Origin: Squalus acanthias
Lineage: Eukaryota
NCBI GenBank assembly: GCA_030390025.1
Contig: CM059448.1
Span: 7,068,001 to 7,132,000, forward strand
Direction of reading: 5' to 3'
Length of the DNA: 64,000 bases
Below the pieces are notes generated by a model, which did not search any database, had not been told where the DNA came from, and worked only from the letters and a program-made list of their open reading frames with translations. This document shows, in pieces, positions 49,198-61,635 of this stretch. The stretch's first letter is position 1, and each line of letters starts with the position of its first letter. Both the position numbers and the translations under genes were made by a program.

Positions 49198-49470
49198 AGA
49201 AGAACTCGCATTTCTATCGCGCCATTCACAAAATCAGAACGTCCCAAAGTGCTTTACAGCCAATGAAGTACTTTTTGAAGTGTAGTCACTGTTGTAATGT
49301 GGGAAACGCAGCAGCCGATTTGTGCACAGCAAGCTCCCACAAACAGCAATGTGATGATAACCAGATAATCCTGGTTTTCAGTGATGTTGGTTGAGGGATA
49401 AATATTGGCCCCAGGACACCGGGGAGAACTCCCCTGCTCTTCTTCAAAATAGTGCCGTGGGATCTTCTCC
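49198..49470 (-). mobile_element. Deu-SINE 3' part
   Basis: Reverse-complement tail and body. Confidence 0.88.
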
Positions 49471-49681
49471 ATCTCCAGCAAAGGTGGTTTAAGATTTTGT
49501 TTCATCGGCAACTGCCTCCACAGGGAGGTCTGCAATACTGTATAATTCTGGAAAGACGATAGTTGATTTACCATTGAGAGAGAGAGTCTGGAATATCAGC
49601 ATCACACTGAATCCGCGCTTTCCGCTTTCAAGCAGCGCTCCTGGAGCTTAAATTTAAAATTCTAGAGTTACATTTCTGGCA

Positions 49682-50150
49682 ACAGTGGCTCAGTGGGCTG
49701 CACCCTCGCCTCCGAGTCAGAAGGTTGTGGGTTCAAGTCCCACTCCAGAGACTCGAGCACAAAAATCCAGGCGGACACTCCCAGCGCAGTGCTGAAGGAG
49801 TGTTGCACTGTTGGAGGTGCCGCCTTTCAGATGAGACGTTAAACCGAGGCCCCACCTGCTCTCTCAGGTGGACGTAAAAGAGCCCATGGCCACTATTTCG
49901 AAGAAGAGCAGGGGAGTTCTCCCCGGTGTCCTGGGCCAATATTTATCCCTCAACCAACATCACGAAGACAGATGATCTGGTCATTATCACATTGCTGTTT
50001 GTGGGAGCTTGCTGTGCGCAAATTGGCGGCTGCGTTTCCTACATGACAGCAGTGACTACACTCCGAAAAGTACTTCATTGGCTGTAAAGAGCTTTGGGAC
50101 GTCCGGTGGTCGTGAAAGGCGCTAGAGAAAATGCAAGTCTTTCTTTTATT
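49682..50150 (+). mobile_element. Deu-SINE, full length
   Basis: A-box TGGCTCAGTGG, B-box GGTTCAAGTCC, Deu core, tail. Confidence 0.93.
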
Positions 50151-51480
50151 CGTCAGTTTGTTTTTACACAGCACCTTGAATATGCTGAAACATCCGGAGG
50201 CATTTCATCAGCGACCGCCGACCCATTAAAGAAAGTGGCCGCAATCTCAATGAGGTGGAAGCTTCCGAAGGCAGGGAGAGAGGCGGCGAGGCAGAGGGCC
50301 AGCGCAGACAGTGCGTCGCAACGAGCGAGACCATCGAGACAAAAATGACAGGTGGCACAGTGTGCTTCTGACGTTCACCTTCTCCCAACAAAAAAAAATT
50401 TGCCAACACGCCTTTTCATGATGCGTGCTGTCCCTTGAAATCTCATGCAAAGAATTTTTAAGTACCGTTGAATTGCGATAAGATAAGAATTTCGCTGTGA
50501 AGCGATTGAGAGTTTTTTCTTCGAATATCCATGGCGAATTTTTTCGGCAACTTTCCTCCCTTCTCCGCACCTCAAGGCACAGACTTCCTGCTGGGTGCAG
50601 GCCCACAGGTGCCTCACCCAAGAGGTCATGGTTCAGACGGGAGTCTGGCCAGTCTGTGATCGTTGGCCTCGCAGTCAATCCCAATCCTGTCCTACCCTCC
50701 CCCCCGATATCCACACACATACACACTTCCAATGGGGTGGGGGGGGGGGGGCGGAGCGGAGGGAAAGAGGGTGGGCGAGAGGGGATAGCGGTCAGGAGCA
50801 GAAATCCTGCTCCAATTTTCTTCTTCCTAACTCAGGAGTGCCGAAGCAAAGAATAGGCCCGCCACCGTCAATGGAAAAAATCCTTTGAGCCGACGGGAGC
50901 TCCACAAACCCAACAAAGGCCAAGCATCGAACCCGAGACCTTCCCGGCCTTTCCTATTTAGCGTCACGCGGGGTGGTGCATTCACCAACGGAGGCACACC
51001 AGGAGACGGCTTGCGAGAGACATGCTCTTTTTTTTTAAAGGCGCCGAGAGGGCCTGTTTTACGGCTCCCAACACTGGAGCCCTGCGGCCTCCGGTTGCTT
51101 GGACCTGTCCAGATCCTGGCATTATCCGGCCAGCAGCCAGTCACGAGGCAGCCTGGACTGTGCAACCATCCTGAGAGAGGCCGCTCCCAGCTCCAATGGT
51201 GTCTCATGTAGCAGAATATTTAACAACAAAATTTGAACTCGCCTCTCAATAAATGAGAGAGAACATTTATCATAGCCCGAACACAGCTATTGATTGCTTT
51301 CTGCAATCTCTGTCAAACAGTAAAAGTTCTTCACAGCTCCTCTATTGAGGAGCATTCCAGCCTTGCAACACCTCTCGCAGGACACTACGCAATAAATCAT
51401 ATTTAATTTGCTCTCTTGCATAGCTATTAATCATCCTGGGCTTATTCATTGGTCTGAATTAGAAGAGCGCCCAACATTAT

Positions 51481-52020
51481 CTTCTTAGGCAGTCCCTCGG
51501 AACCGAGGATGACTTGCTTCCACGCTAAGAATGAGTTCTCAGGTGACTGATGAGTCCAATGCGGGACCTACAGTCTCTGTCACGGGTGGGTCAGACGGTG
51601 GTTGAAGGGGCGGGCGGGTGGGGTACTTGGGTTGACGTACGCTCGGCTTCCGCTTGCTCCCGGCGAAGAGACTCGAGGTGTTCGGCGCGTTCCCGGATGC
51701 TTCTCCTCTACTTTGTGCGGTCTTGGGCCAGGGATCCCCAGGTGGTCGGTGGGGATGTTGCACTTTTTCAAGGAGGCTTTGAGGGTGTCCTTGAAGCGTT
51801 TCCTCTGCCCACCTGGGGCTCTCTTGCTGTGTCGGAGCTCCAAGTAGGGCGCTTGTTTTGGGAGTCTCGTATCGGGCATGCGGACGATGTGGCCCGTCCA
51901 TTGGAGCTGATCGAGCGTGGTCAAAGCTTCGATGCTGGGGATGTTGGCCTGAGCGAGAACACGGACGTTGGTGCGCCTATCCTGCCAATGGGTTTGCAGG
52001 ATCTTGCGGAGGCAGCGTTG
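51481..52020 (-). mobile_element. RTE-clade LINE 3' end fragment
   Basis: ORF 51580 QRCLRKILQTHWQDRRTNVRVL..WTGHIVRMPDTRLPKQ; same family as 1601. Confidence 0.92.
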
Positions 52021-52203
52021 AAGCATAAAGGAGGGCGGGTATCACTACTGCTCTGTAGACCAACATTATGGCAAATTCTTGTTCAACGATTCAGTCGTTC
52101 ATGTTTCCTCCGGATCGCTGATGGGGGGAGGGATGGGCCTCGGCTCCCCCCCCGACGAGCTGCATTCACTCCTGTCCTAGCCATACAGCTTCAAAGGGCA
52201 ATT

Positions 52204-52470
52204 CAACACCAGCTTGCATTTATATAGCGCCGTTAACCAAGTAGAACGTCCCATGGCGCTTCACAGGAGCGTTACCGGGCCAAAGGAGGAGACATTAGGA
52301 CAGGTGACCAAACGCTTGGTCAAAGAGTGAAGTTTTAAAGGAGCGTCTAAAAAAGATGGGGACAGAGGTAGAGCTTAGGGTCCAGACAGCTGCAGGCACG
52401 GCCGACAATGGTGAGGCGAAGGAAGCTGGGGACGCACAAGTGGCCAGAGTTGGAGGAACACAGAGTTCCT
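52204..52470 (-). mobile_element. L2 LINE 3' end, deleted
   Basis: CTTGCATTTATATAGCGCC..GCTTGGTCAAAGAG..GCACGGCCG. Confidence 0.82.
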
Positions 52471-52519
52471 CCCGTGGCCTTTTCCTTGATCTTCTACCTT
52501 AACGGAAAACGCTGGAGCT

Positions 52520-52780
52520 TCCCCTCTCCAAGGGCTCAGTGGGTAACAGCGGTGAGTGGCTGGGCCACAGCAGACCAGACGGGTCCCAGGTTAAATTCTG
52601 CGCTGGGTCAGCCGATCCCGGTCAGAGCGGCAGCCAGGCTTCCCGCTCCTGATGGCTAGCTGCGCTAGATCACGCGCGCTGGGCGAAGACAGGAGTGGGA
52701 ACTGGCTGGTGCGACTTCCCTCACAGTCCAACAGCTTGCCCTAAGTGAGAAGAAACGGCCACCTGGCCAAGGTACCAAAA
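52520..52780 (+). mobile_element. Old diverged SINE-like family
   Basis: GGCTCAGTGGGTAA head; GCTCCTGAT; AGGTACC. Confidence 0.5.
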
Positions 52781-52834
52781 GATGGACAAGTATCTGCGAT
52801 CCAAACCCCCCAGAAATAACAAGTGCCTTCAGGA

Positions 52835-53278
52835 GAGAAAGGAAGTCTTGCACTTATCAAACGCCTTTCACAACCTCAGTACGTCCCAAAGCGCTTTACA
52901 TCAAATGAAGTACTTTTTTTTTTTACTGAAGTGTGGTCACTGTTGTAATGTGGGAAACATGGCAGCCAATTTGCGCACAGCAAGCTCCCACAAACAGCAA
53001 TGAGGTAGTGACCAGATTTAGTGATATTGGCCCAGGACACCAGGAAGAACTCCCCTGCTCTTCTTCGAAATAGTGGCCGTGGGATCTTTTATGTCCACCT
53101 GAGGGGGCACCTTGGTTTAACGTCCCATCGGAAAGACGGCACCTCTGACAGTGCAGCACTCCCTCAGCACTGCACTGGAGTGTCAGCCGAGATTTATGTG
53201 CTCAAGTCTCTGGAGTGGGACTTGACCCCACGACCTTCTGACTCAGAGGAGAGGGTGCTAACCACTGAGTCACGGCTA
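52835..53278 (-). mobile_element. Deu-SINE, near full length
   Basis: Head at 53255-53278 (minus), tail at 52840. Confidence 0.9.
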
Positions 53279-53939
53279 AAAAAAAAAAAGCCATGGAAAA
53301 AGGAATTAACAAAACAGGGCGCCAGGGATGATGGCACGAGAAATAAATCCCCTTCTTTTTAAAAACACACAGGACAATGCGACGTTTCAGTGGGATGCAC
53401 TTCCCCTTTAAGATGATGTCACTCTCAAGGAAGCTTTGCATGAATTCCTCGTTTTGCTGGGTGACCTTCAGACTCCAGTCTGCTCGATGGGATGTCTGCT
53501 GCGAGTCGCAGCAAATCCTCACTGGCAAAAAAAAAAGTGAACATTGCTACCAGCGACGGAGCCCTGCATAAACACATCGACAGCAGCCCGTGCCTCAGCT
53601 ACTCGAACATGTATACGATGTTAAAAAGCCGTCGGAATTTGCGCACAGCAAACACTAACAAGCCAAGGATTTCTTTACACAACTGGGGAGATGGGGAACA
53701 GGTCACACTACATGCAAATTTGACTTTAAAAAAAAAATCTACATCTATTCCCAACATTACAGTATCTCATTTCCTCATAGTTCATTCAAAGTGCCCCGTC
53801 ACATGAAATTGATCACATCAGTTTCCCAGCAATGGATGGGCAAAGTCATCACTTCAGCCTGTCCAGAAGTAATGGCTGTTTCCATCACCTGGTTTTCGTC
53901 AGCTTGGGTACACAGACTTCTCAGCGTCAGAAAAGAGCG

Positions 53940-54888
53940 CCAGAGTGGGTCGCACTCTCGCCTCTGGATCAAAAGCCCGTTGCTTCGAGTCCCACTCCAC
54001 GGGACTTCAGCACATAATCTAGGCTGACGCTTCAGTGCAGTTCAGAGGGAGCGATGGACGCACTGTCGGAATAGCCTGCTCAGCTGGACTTATAGGATCC
54101 CGCGGCACTAATTGAGGACTAGCAGGGAATAGGTTTTGGCCAACATTCATCCCTCAACTAACGCCACCCAAAAACTGATTATCTGGCTGTTACCAGATTG
54201 CGGTGTGTGGGATCTTGCTGTGCACAAATTGACTGCCACGTTTCCTTAACCCAACAACAACAACTTTGCATTTATATAGCGTCTTTAACATAGTGAAACG
54301 TCCCACGGCGCTTCACAAGAGCGTTATCAAACAAAATTTGACACCGAGCCACAAAAGGAGATAAGAGGACAGATGATCAAAAGCTTGATCAAAGAGTATT
54401 AAAGACCGTCTTACAGGAGGAGAGAGAGAGGTGGCGAGATTCAGGGAGGGAATTCCAGAGCTTAGGGCCCAGGCAGTTGAAGACACGGCTGCCAATGGTG
54501 GAGCGATTAAAATCGCGGATGCTCGAGGAGGCCAGAATTGGAGGAGCGCAGAGATCCCGGAGGGTTGCAGGGCTGGAGGAGATTACAGAGATAGGGAGGG
54601 GCGAGGCGGTGGAGGGATTTGAAAACAAGGATGAGAATTTTTAAAATCGAGGCGTTGCCGAACCGGAAGCCAATGTAGGTCAGTGAGCAGAGGGGTGATG
54701 ACTGAACGGCAGCAGAGGTTTGTATGAGCTCAGGTTAATGGAGGGTGGAAGATGGAGGCTGGCCCGGAGAGCGTTGGAATAGTCAAGTCTAGAGGTAACA
54801 ACAGTGACGACACTTCAGAATTAATTGGCTGTAAAGCTCTTTGGGATGTCCTGGGAACATGAAAGGCATCATATAAATGCAAATTCTT
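53940..54888 (+). mobile_element. Diverged Deu-SINE split by an L2 insertion
   Basis: Head and body at 53940-54250; tail resumes ACAACAGTGACGACACTTC at ~54798. Confidence 0.75.
54252..54799 (-). mobile_element. L2 LINE 3' fragment
   Basis: FNRSTIGSRVFNCLGPKLWNSLP (ORF 54389); (AAC)n tail. Confidence 0.9.
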
Positions 54889-55267
54889 CCCTTTTAAATT
54901 ACAAACCAATTCAACTGACTCTGGATTCTCGTGCACATGATATGCGGACTACAAAAATAGCTCAACATCTGTCACAGACAGAATGTGCCCGTGAGCTTGG
55001 TGACTGCGTTTCCTTTCTGTCAACACCTCATGCACGTAAGCAACCAAACACCTCGACACGGCTGACTCGCTCTCAGCCGCACGCAGAGGAAGATCCCGGG
55101 TTTGGTCCCTGCTCGGTGCTGAATTGGCCGGTCTCGGGTTGGCGCACTGCAACCAGTGGAGCTGTGGCGTGGGTGGTGGGTGATGCCAGGACCCGATTCA
55201 AACATGAAGGCCCCCCCCCCCCCTCCGCTCCATGATGGAATGCTCTGGCTGACACTCGAGCCTCGAT

Positions 55268-56353
55268 GTTTGGTCTTCCTTATCTGAGAAAGGACAGACG
55301 CGCCTTAGAGGCGGTGCAACGAAGGTTCACTAGATAGATAGATGCAGTTTTGGTCGCCTTATCTGAGGAAGGATGTTCTTGCCATGGAGGGAGTGCAGCG
55401 AAGATTCACCAGACTGATACCTGGGATGGCAGGAATGACGTACGAAGAGAGATTGGGTCGATTAGGCTTATATTCGCTAGAGTTTAGAAGAATGAGAGGG
55501 GATCTCATTGAAACTTATAAAATTCTAACAGGACTAGACAGACTAGATGCAGGAAGGATGTTCCCAATGGCGGGGGAGTCCAGAACCAGGGGTCACAGTC
55601 TAAGGATAAGGGGTAAGCCATTTAGGACTGAGATGAGGAGGAATTTCTTCACCCAGAGAGTGGTGAACCTGTGGAATTCTCTACCACAGAAGGCAGTTGA
55701 GGCCAATTCATTAAATATATTCAAGAAGGAGTTAGATATATTTCTTAAGGCTAAGGGGATCAAGGGATATGGGGAGAAAGCAGGGACAGGGTACTGAATT
55801 TGGATGATCAGCCATGATCTTACTGAATGGCGGAGCAGGCTCGAGGGGCCGAATGGCCTACTCCTGCTCCTATGTTTCTATGATCCCTGGGATGAGAGGG
55901 CTGTCCTACGGGGAGAGATTGAGTAGAATGGGCCTATACTCTCTGGAGTTTAGAAGAATGAGCGGTGATCTCATTGAAACATACAAGATTCTGAGGGGGA
56001 TTGACAGGGTAGATGCTGAGAGGTTGTTTCCCCTGGCTGGAGAGTCTGGAACAAAGCGGCACAGTCTCAGGACAAGGGGTCAGCCATTTAAGACAGAGAT
56101 GAGGAGAAATTTCTTCGCTCAAAGGGTTGTGAATCTTTGAAATTCTCTGCCTCAGAGGGCTGTGGATGCTCAGTTGTTGAGTATATTCAAGGCTGAGATC
56201 GATGGATTTTTGGACTCTAGGGGAATCAAGGGATGTGGAGATCGGGCGGGAAAGTGGAGTTGAGGTCGATGATCAGCCATGATCTTATTGAATGGCGGAG
56301 CAGGCTCAAGGGGCCATATGGCCTACTCCTGCTCCTAATTCTTATGTTCTTAT
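55268..56353 (+). mobile_element. CR1 3' fragment hosting a nested CR1
   Basis: Host reads ..RRFTR (to ~55334), then IPGMRGLSY (from ~55882) to tail. Confidence 0.88.
55342..55880 (+). mobile_element. Nested CR1 3' fragment with uninterrupted ORF
   Basis: ORF 55342..55797 QFWSPYLRKDV...GIKGYGEKAGTGY; same subfamily as 15179. Confidence 0.93.
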
Positions 56354-56819
56354 GTTCACCTCGGTGTGGGGAGTGCGGGGAGGTGGAAGCAGGAGAGACA
56401 CGCCCACGACGATGCCACCGTGATGTCTCGGCAATTTTTTTTTTTTTACAACCGAGTTTCATTTAAATGTCCCGACACTGACTCCTGCCTGAAGCTGGAG
56501 AGCAAATGGACCCAGAAAAGGCTACTGACCAGGGGGGGCAGGGTGGGGAGGGATGGCGAGGAGGGGTTCATAACGACTGCAGTCGAGGGAGGGGGGCTGG
56601 GGGAGATGAAGGCCAGGGCAGAGGGGGACCCCAAGGTTTCCTTGTGGGGTGAGGAGAAGCAGACCTTACTGCTCCTGGCCCGCGAGGAAACCTTAAATTA
56701 AAAAGTGAAAGAGCCAGAACTAACCTGGGCCTCTTCTGGCCGTGATCCAGGCCGTGGTCCCGTACGCTCACAGGGGCGAGGTACGGGAGAGTTGCTGACA
56801 CCCGTAGAAACCCACCACA

Positions 56820-56915
56820 TAAAAAGACTTGCATTTATATAGCGCCTTTCGCAAACTCAGGACGCCCCAAAGCGACTCGCAGCCAATGAAGTACGTTTTA
56901 ATGTGCAGTCACAGT
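56820..56915 (-). mobile_element. Deu-SINE tail fragment
   Basis: Reverse-complement tail. Confidence 0.78.
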
Positions 56916-57775
56916 CAAGCAAGGAAAACATTACGACACGAGTTTGTGCCCTCAGGAGAGGAGAGAGAGCGCGCCCAGGGAAAGATTCGAGACGAGATGG
57001 TCGAAAGCGGCCTCAGGTTTGATGGCACGCGGCACCTGGTATTACAGTAATACCAGCCATTACAGCAAACTAAAGGCTGTGTCATATATAGTTCTAAGCA
57101 CACTCTATAATCCACTGCACTTGAGTGGGCATTTTTGAAAAGTGACTTTGAAAATCCATGGACACCCACTGTGTTGACTCCAATCACTAAGTCACTTTCA
57201 CTACCCACTCCCAATCGACAAATCCTTTGTACAGCATTCAAAACCCGTTTGACACAATCATCCTCTGCGCAACGTGCAATTTTTTATTTTTTAATAAATA
57301 GTACACTGAAGCGAATTAAACGGTAATAACCCAAGCCAAACAGCGCAGAGAGTTCGGGCAAGTCCATTTAAAAAAAAACAAATGACTTAATATTGATTAA
57401 TAATTAAATCGCCCATATTTAAATTCAAGGCCAAAAATTAATATTGAAATTGCCAAGTCGCTTTAAGTAATTGAATAAAATGCTGCATTAAGGGAGGGGC
57501 TTCTCGCTGACTGGCAGGTGTTACCAACTCAGCTTCTGCATCAGCCATCAATGACCTCTCCCACATCTGAAGTCTAACACGTGACCACAGCGAGTTTAAC
57601 AGCAGTAAGACAACGTTGACAGTTTAAGAAAGAAAGTCTTGCATTTATATAGCGCCTTTCATGACCTCAGGACGTCCCAAAGGGCTTTACAGCCAATGAA
57701 GTACTTTTTGAAGTTTAGCCACTGTTGTAATTTAGAGAAATGCGGCAGTCAATGTGCACACAGCAAGATCCCACT

Positions 57776-59960
57776 AACAACAACAACTTTATTTATGTAG
57801 CACCTTTAACATAGTAAAACGTCCCAAGGTGCTTCACAGGAGTATTACAAGACAAAAAATTTGGCACCGAGCCACATAGGAGAAATTAGGACAGGTGATC
57901 AAACGCTTGGTCAAAGAGGTAGGTTTTAAGGAGCGTCTTAAAAGGAGGGAAGAGAGGCGGAGAGGTTTAGGCAGGGAATTCCAGAGCTTAGGGCCTAGGC
58001 AGCTGAAGGCACGGCCACCAATGGTTGAGCGATTATAATCAGGGATGCTCAAGAGGGCAGAATTAGAGGAGCGTAGCTATCTCAGAGGGTGGGTGTCTGA
58101 AGGAGATTACAGAGATAGGGAGGGGCGAGGCCATGGGGGGATTTGAAAACAAGGATGAGAATTTTGAAATCGAGGTGTTGCTCAACTGGGAGCCAATGTA
58201 GGTCAGCGAGCACGGGGGTGATGGGCGAATGGGACTTGGTGCGAGTTAGGACACGGGCAGCTGAGTTTTGGATCACCGCTCACCTCAAGTTTACATAGGG
58301 TAGAACGTGGGAGGTCAGCCAGGAGTGTGTAGGAATAGTCAAGTCTAGAGGTAACAAAGGCATGGATGAGGGTTTCAGCAGCGGATGAGCTGAGGCAAGG
58401 GCGGAGACGGGCGATGTTACAGAGGTGGAAATAGGCGGTCTTAGTTATGCTGCGGATATGTGGTCGGAAGCTCATTTCAGGGTCAAATATGACACCAAGG
58501 TTGCGAACAGTGTGGTTCAGCTTCAGACAGATGTTAGGGAGAGGGATGGAGTCAGTGGCTAGGCAACGGAGTTTGTGGCGGGGACCGAAAACAATGGCTT
58601 CGGTTTTCCCAATATTTAACTGGAGAAAATTTCTGCTCATCCAGAATTGGATGTCGGACAAGCAGCGCGTCAATTTAGAGACCGTGGAGGGGTCGAGAAA
58701 AGTGGTAGTGAGGTAGAGCTGGGTGTTGTCAGCATGCTTATGGAAACTGAACCAGGGGGTCACAGTCTCAGAATAAGGGGTCGGCCATTTAGGACTGAGA
58801 TGAGGAGAAATTTCTTCACTCAGAGGGTGGTGAATCTTTGGAATTCTCTACCCCAGAGGGCTGTGGAGGCTCAGTCGTTGTGTATATACAAGACAGTGAT
58901 CGATAGATTTTTGAATATTAAGGGAATCAAGGGATATGGGGATAGTGCAGGAAAGTGGAGATGAGGTAGAAGATCAGTCATGATCTTATTGAATGGTGGA
59001 ACAGGCTCAAATGGCCTACTCCAGCTCCTATTTCATATGTTATGTTATGTAACTGTCGCTGTGTTTTCGGATGATGTCGCCCAGGGGCAACATGTAGATG
59101 AGAAATAGGAGGGGGCCAAGGATAGATCCTTGGGGGACACCAGAGGTAACGATGCGTGAGCAGGAACAGAAGCCGTTGCAGGTTATTTGCTGGCTTCGAT
59201 TTGATAGATAAGAATGGAACCAGGCAAGTGCAGTCCCACCCAGCTGGGCGATGGTGGAGAGGCGTTGGAGAAGGATGAAGTGGTCAACCGTGTCAAAGGC
59301 TGCAGACAAGTCAAGAAGGACGAGGAGGGATAGTTTACCTTTGTCACAGTCACAAAGGATGTCATTTGTGACTTTGAGGAGAGGCGTTTCGGTACTGTGG
59401 CAAGGGTGGAGGGATTCAAACATGGAGTTGTGGGAAAGATGGGCACGGATTTGGGAGGTGACAACATGTTCAAGGACTTTGGAGAGGAAAGGGAGGTTAG
59501 AGATGGGGCGGTAGTTTGCAAGTACGGAGGGGTCAAGGGTTGGTTTTTTGAGGAGAGGGGTGCTGACTGCAGATTTGAGGGAGAGGGGGACAGTACCTGA
59601 GGAGAGAGAACCTTTAAAAATGTCAGATAACATGGGAGCCAGAAAAGGAAGTTGGGTGGTCAGCAGTTTGGTGGGAATAGGGTCGAGGGAGCAGGAACTG
59701 GGTCTCATGGAAAGATGAGCGCAGAGAGGTCATGAGGGGAGATCGGAGAGAAACTGGAGAAAGATGCAAGTTCAGGGCTAGGGCAGGGGGGAACCTTAGA
59801 AGAAGTTTGGCCCGGTGGGCTAGGGGAAAGAAGGGAAGTGGCAGAGGCAGCTGAACAGATGCTCTCAATCTCAGAGACAAAGAAGTCCATGAGCTCCTCA
59901 CACTTGTTGTCGGAGGTGAGGGTGGAGGAGACAGGGGAGAGGGGTTTAAGAAGATGGTTA
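57776..59960 (-). mobile_element. L2 LINE, ~2.2 kb span, with disrupted RT domain
   Basis: ORF 59040 NYRPISNLPFLSKVLE..LLDLSAAFDTVDH..GVPQGSILGPLLFLIY; ORF 58203 HADNTQLY..LQLNIGKTE..RNLGVIFD; (AAC)n tail. Confidence 0.96.
58751..59050 (+). mobile_element. CR1 3' end inserted into L2
   Basis: GHSLRIRGRPFRTEMRRNFFTQRVVNLWNSLP; AACTG duplicated at 58745 and 59051. Confidence 0.92.
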
Positions 59961-60842
59961 GCAATGTGATAATGACCAGATAATCTGTTTTAGTGATGTT
60001 GATTTAGGGATAAATATTAGCTCCCCTGTTCTTCTTCAAAATAGTGCCATGGGATCTTTTACGTCCACCCGAGGGGGCAGACGGGGCCTCGGTTTAACGT
60101 CTCATCCGAAAGACGGCACCTCTGACAGTGCAGCACTCCCTCAGCACTGCCCTGGAGTGTCAGCCTAGATTTTTGTGCTTAAGTCTCTGGAGTGGGACTT
60201 GAACCCACGACCTTCTGACTCAAGAGCGAGAGAGAGAGAGAGAGCGCGCCACCCACTGAGCCACGGCTGACTCCATCACAACTAAAATGCATTGGACTCG
60301 GGGAAACAATATTTCAATGGAAACACCTCTGGGGAGGTGAAGGGGATTTTGCTGCAAACAGGAGCTTCACCGAGAGGGGACATCGTAAGTTGTAAAAATA
60401 AAAAAAGGGACAAACTCTCTAAGTAGAACACGCAGCCTCTCGCACTGGCCTACTTGCGTTGGATACTGAACCCTTGCTGTATGCAGTGGATCTAGACAGA
60501 CACCCAATAGCAAGGCAGCTATGCTATTACTATGCAGAGATCAGGACTTAGCAAGGGGCCATCTGTAAATGTCAGAATTTTCATAAGAATACCAGGTGTA
60601 CTCAGGGGAGCTAGCGCTCCAAGTCCTCGGCTAGAAATGATCAGTTTTCAATGGTTTCTTTTGAACAGAAGGTCTTTGAGAAGTTGATGAGGGAAGGATA
60701 AGCAAAAGGGCAATCTTTGCACTCGTGTGAAAAGAATGACAATTGTGCTCGTCCCCTAAGTCAGTCAGTCAGCCCCGTGCCAGGAATCCACTTTCTGCCA
60801 CAGCTGTTCAAATGGCTCCAACTATATTTCCAAGTGATCAGT

Positions 60843-61060
60843 AATCTGGAACACGCTGCCTGAAAGGGCGGTGGAAGCAGATTCAATAATAACTTTCCAA
60901 AAGGGAATTGGATAAATACTCGAAGAGGGGAAAAATGTGCAGGGCCGTGGGGGAAAGAGCAGGGGGGGGGGAAGCATGGGACTAATCGGATAACTCTTTC
61001 AAAGAGCCGGTACAGGCACGATGGGCCGAATGGCCTCCTTCTGTGCGGTCTGATTCTATG
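60843..61060 (+). mobile_element. CR1 3' end fragment
   Basis: IWNTLPERAVEADS; GGGCCGAATGGCCTCCTTCTGTG tail. Confidence 0.85.
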
Positions 61061-61335
61061 GTTGTCTGAACTGGAACATGTGCGGTCACCGCAAGCGCAA
61101 AAGTCTTTTTCTTTTAATTTTGGGGAGGGTTGGGGTGAGGGGGTGCTTTCTTCGCACCCCTCTCCTGAAGGGATGGGATCCACGCCCTGCAGGTGGCACT
61201 TCACATCCTGAACCTCCATTATAAATGTGAGCGGCAGCAGGCTATTTGACCTTGAAGAGCATCACAGCAGAGCCCACTCGCCTGCCTCCCTCCCTCTGCC
61301 GACATCCACACATAGGCATTCCCAACTAGACATTG

Positions 61336-61635
61336 ACAACAACCACCACCACCAGCATTTCTATAGCGCCTTTAACGTAGTAAAACGTCCCAAGGCGCTT
61401 CACAGGAACGATTATCAAATAAAATTTGACACCGAGCCACATAAGGAGATATTAGGACAGGTGACCAAAAGCTCGGTCAAAGAGGTAAGGTTTAAGGAAC
61501 GTCTTAAAAGGAGGAGAGAGGCGGAGAGGTTTAGGGAGGGAATTCCAGAGCTCAGGGCCTGGGCAGCTGAAGGCACGGCCGCCAATAGTGGAGCGATTAA
61601 AATCGGGGATGCGCAAGAGGCCAGAATTGGAGAAG
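61336..61635 (-). mobile_element. L2 LINE 3' end fragment
   Basis: ORF 61452 SNSGLLRIPDFNRSTIGGRAFSC..LWNSLP. Confidence 0.9.

Larger units (their letters stand above)
57626..60272 (-). mobile_element. Deu-SINE split by L2 (parts 57626-57775 and 59961-60272)
   Basis: Antisense SINE sequence ..GATCCCAC-AACA|GCAATGTGATAATGACC is continuous across the insertion. Confidence 0.88.

Noticed and set aside
57776-59960. Functional reverse transcriptase gene
   Set aside because: 5'-truncated, frameshifted, catalytic motif altered (HADN) and interrupted by CR1
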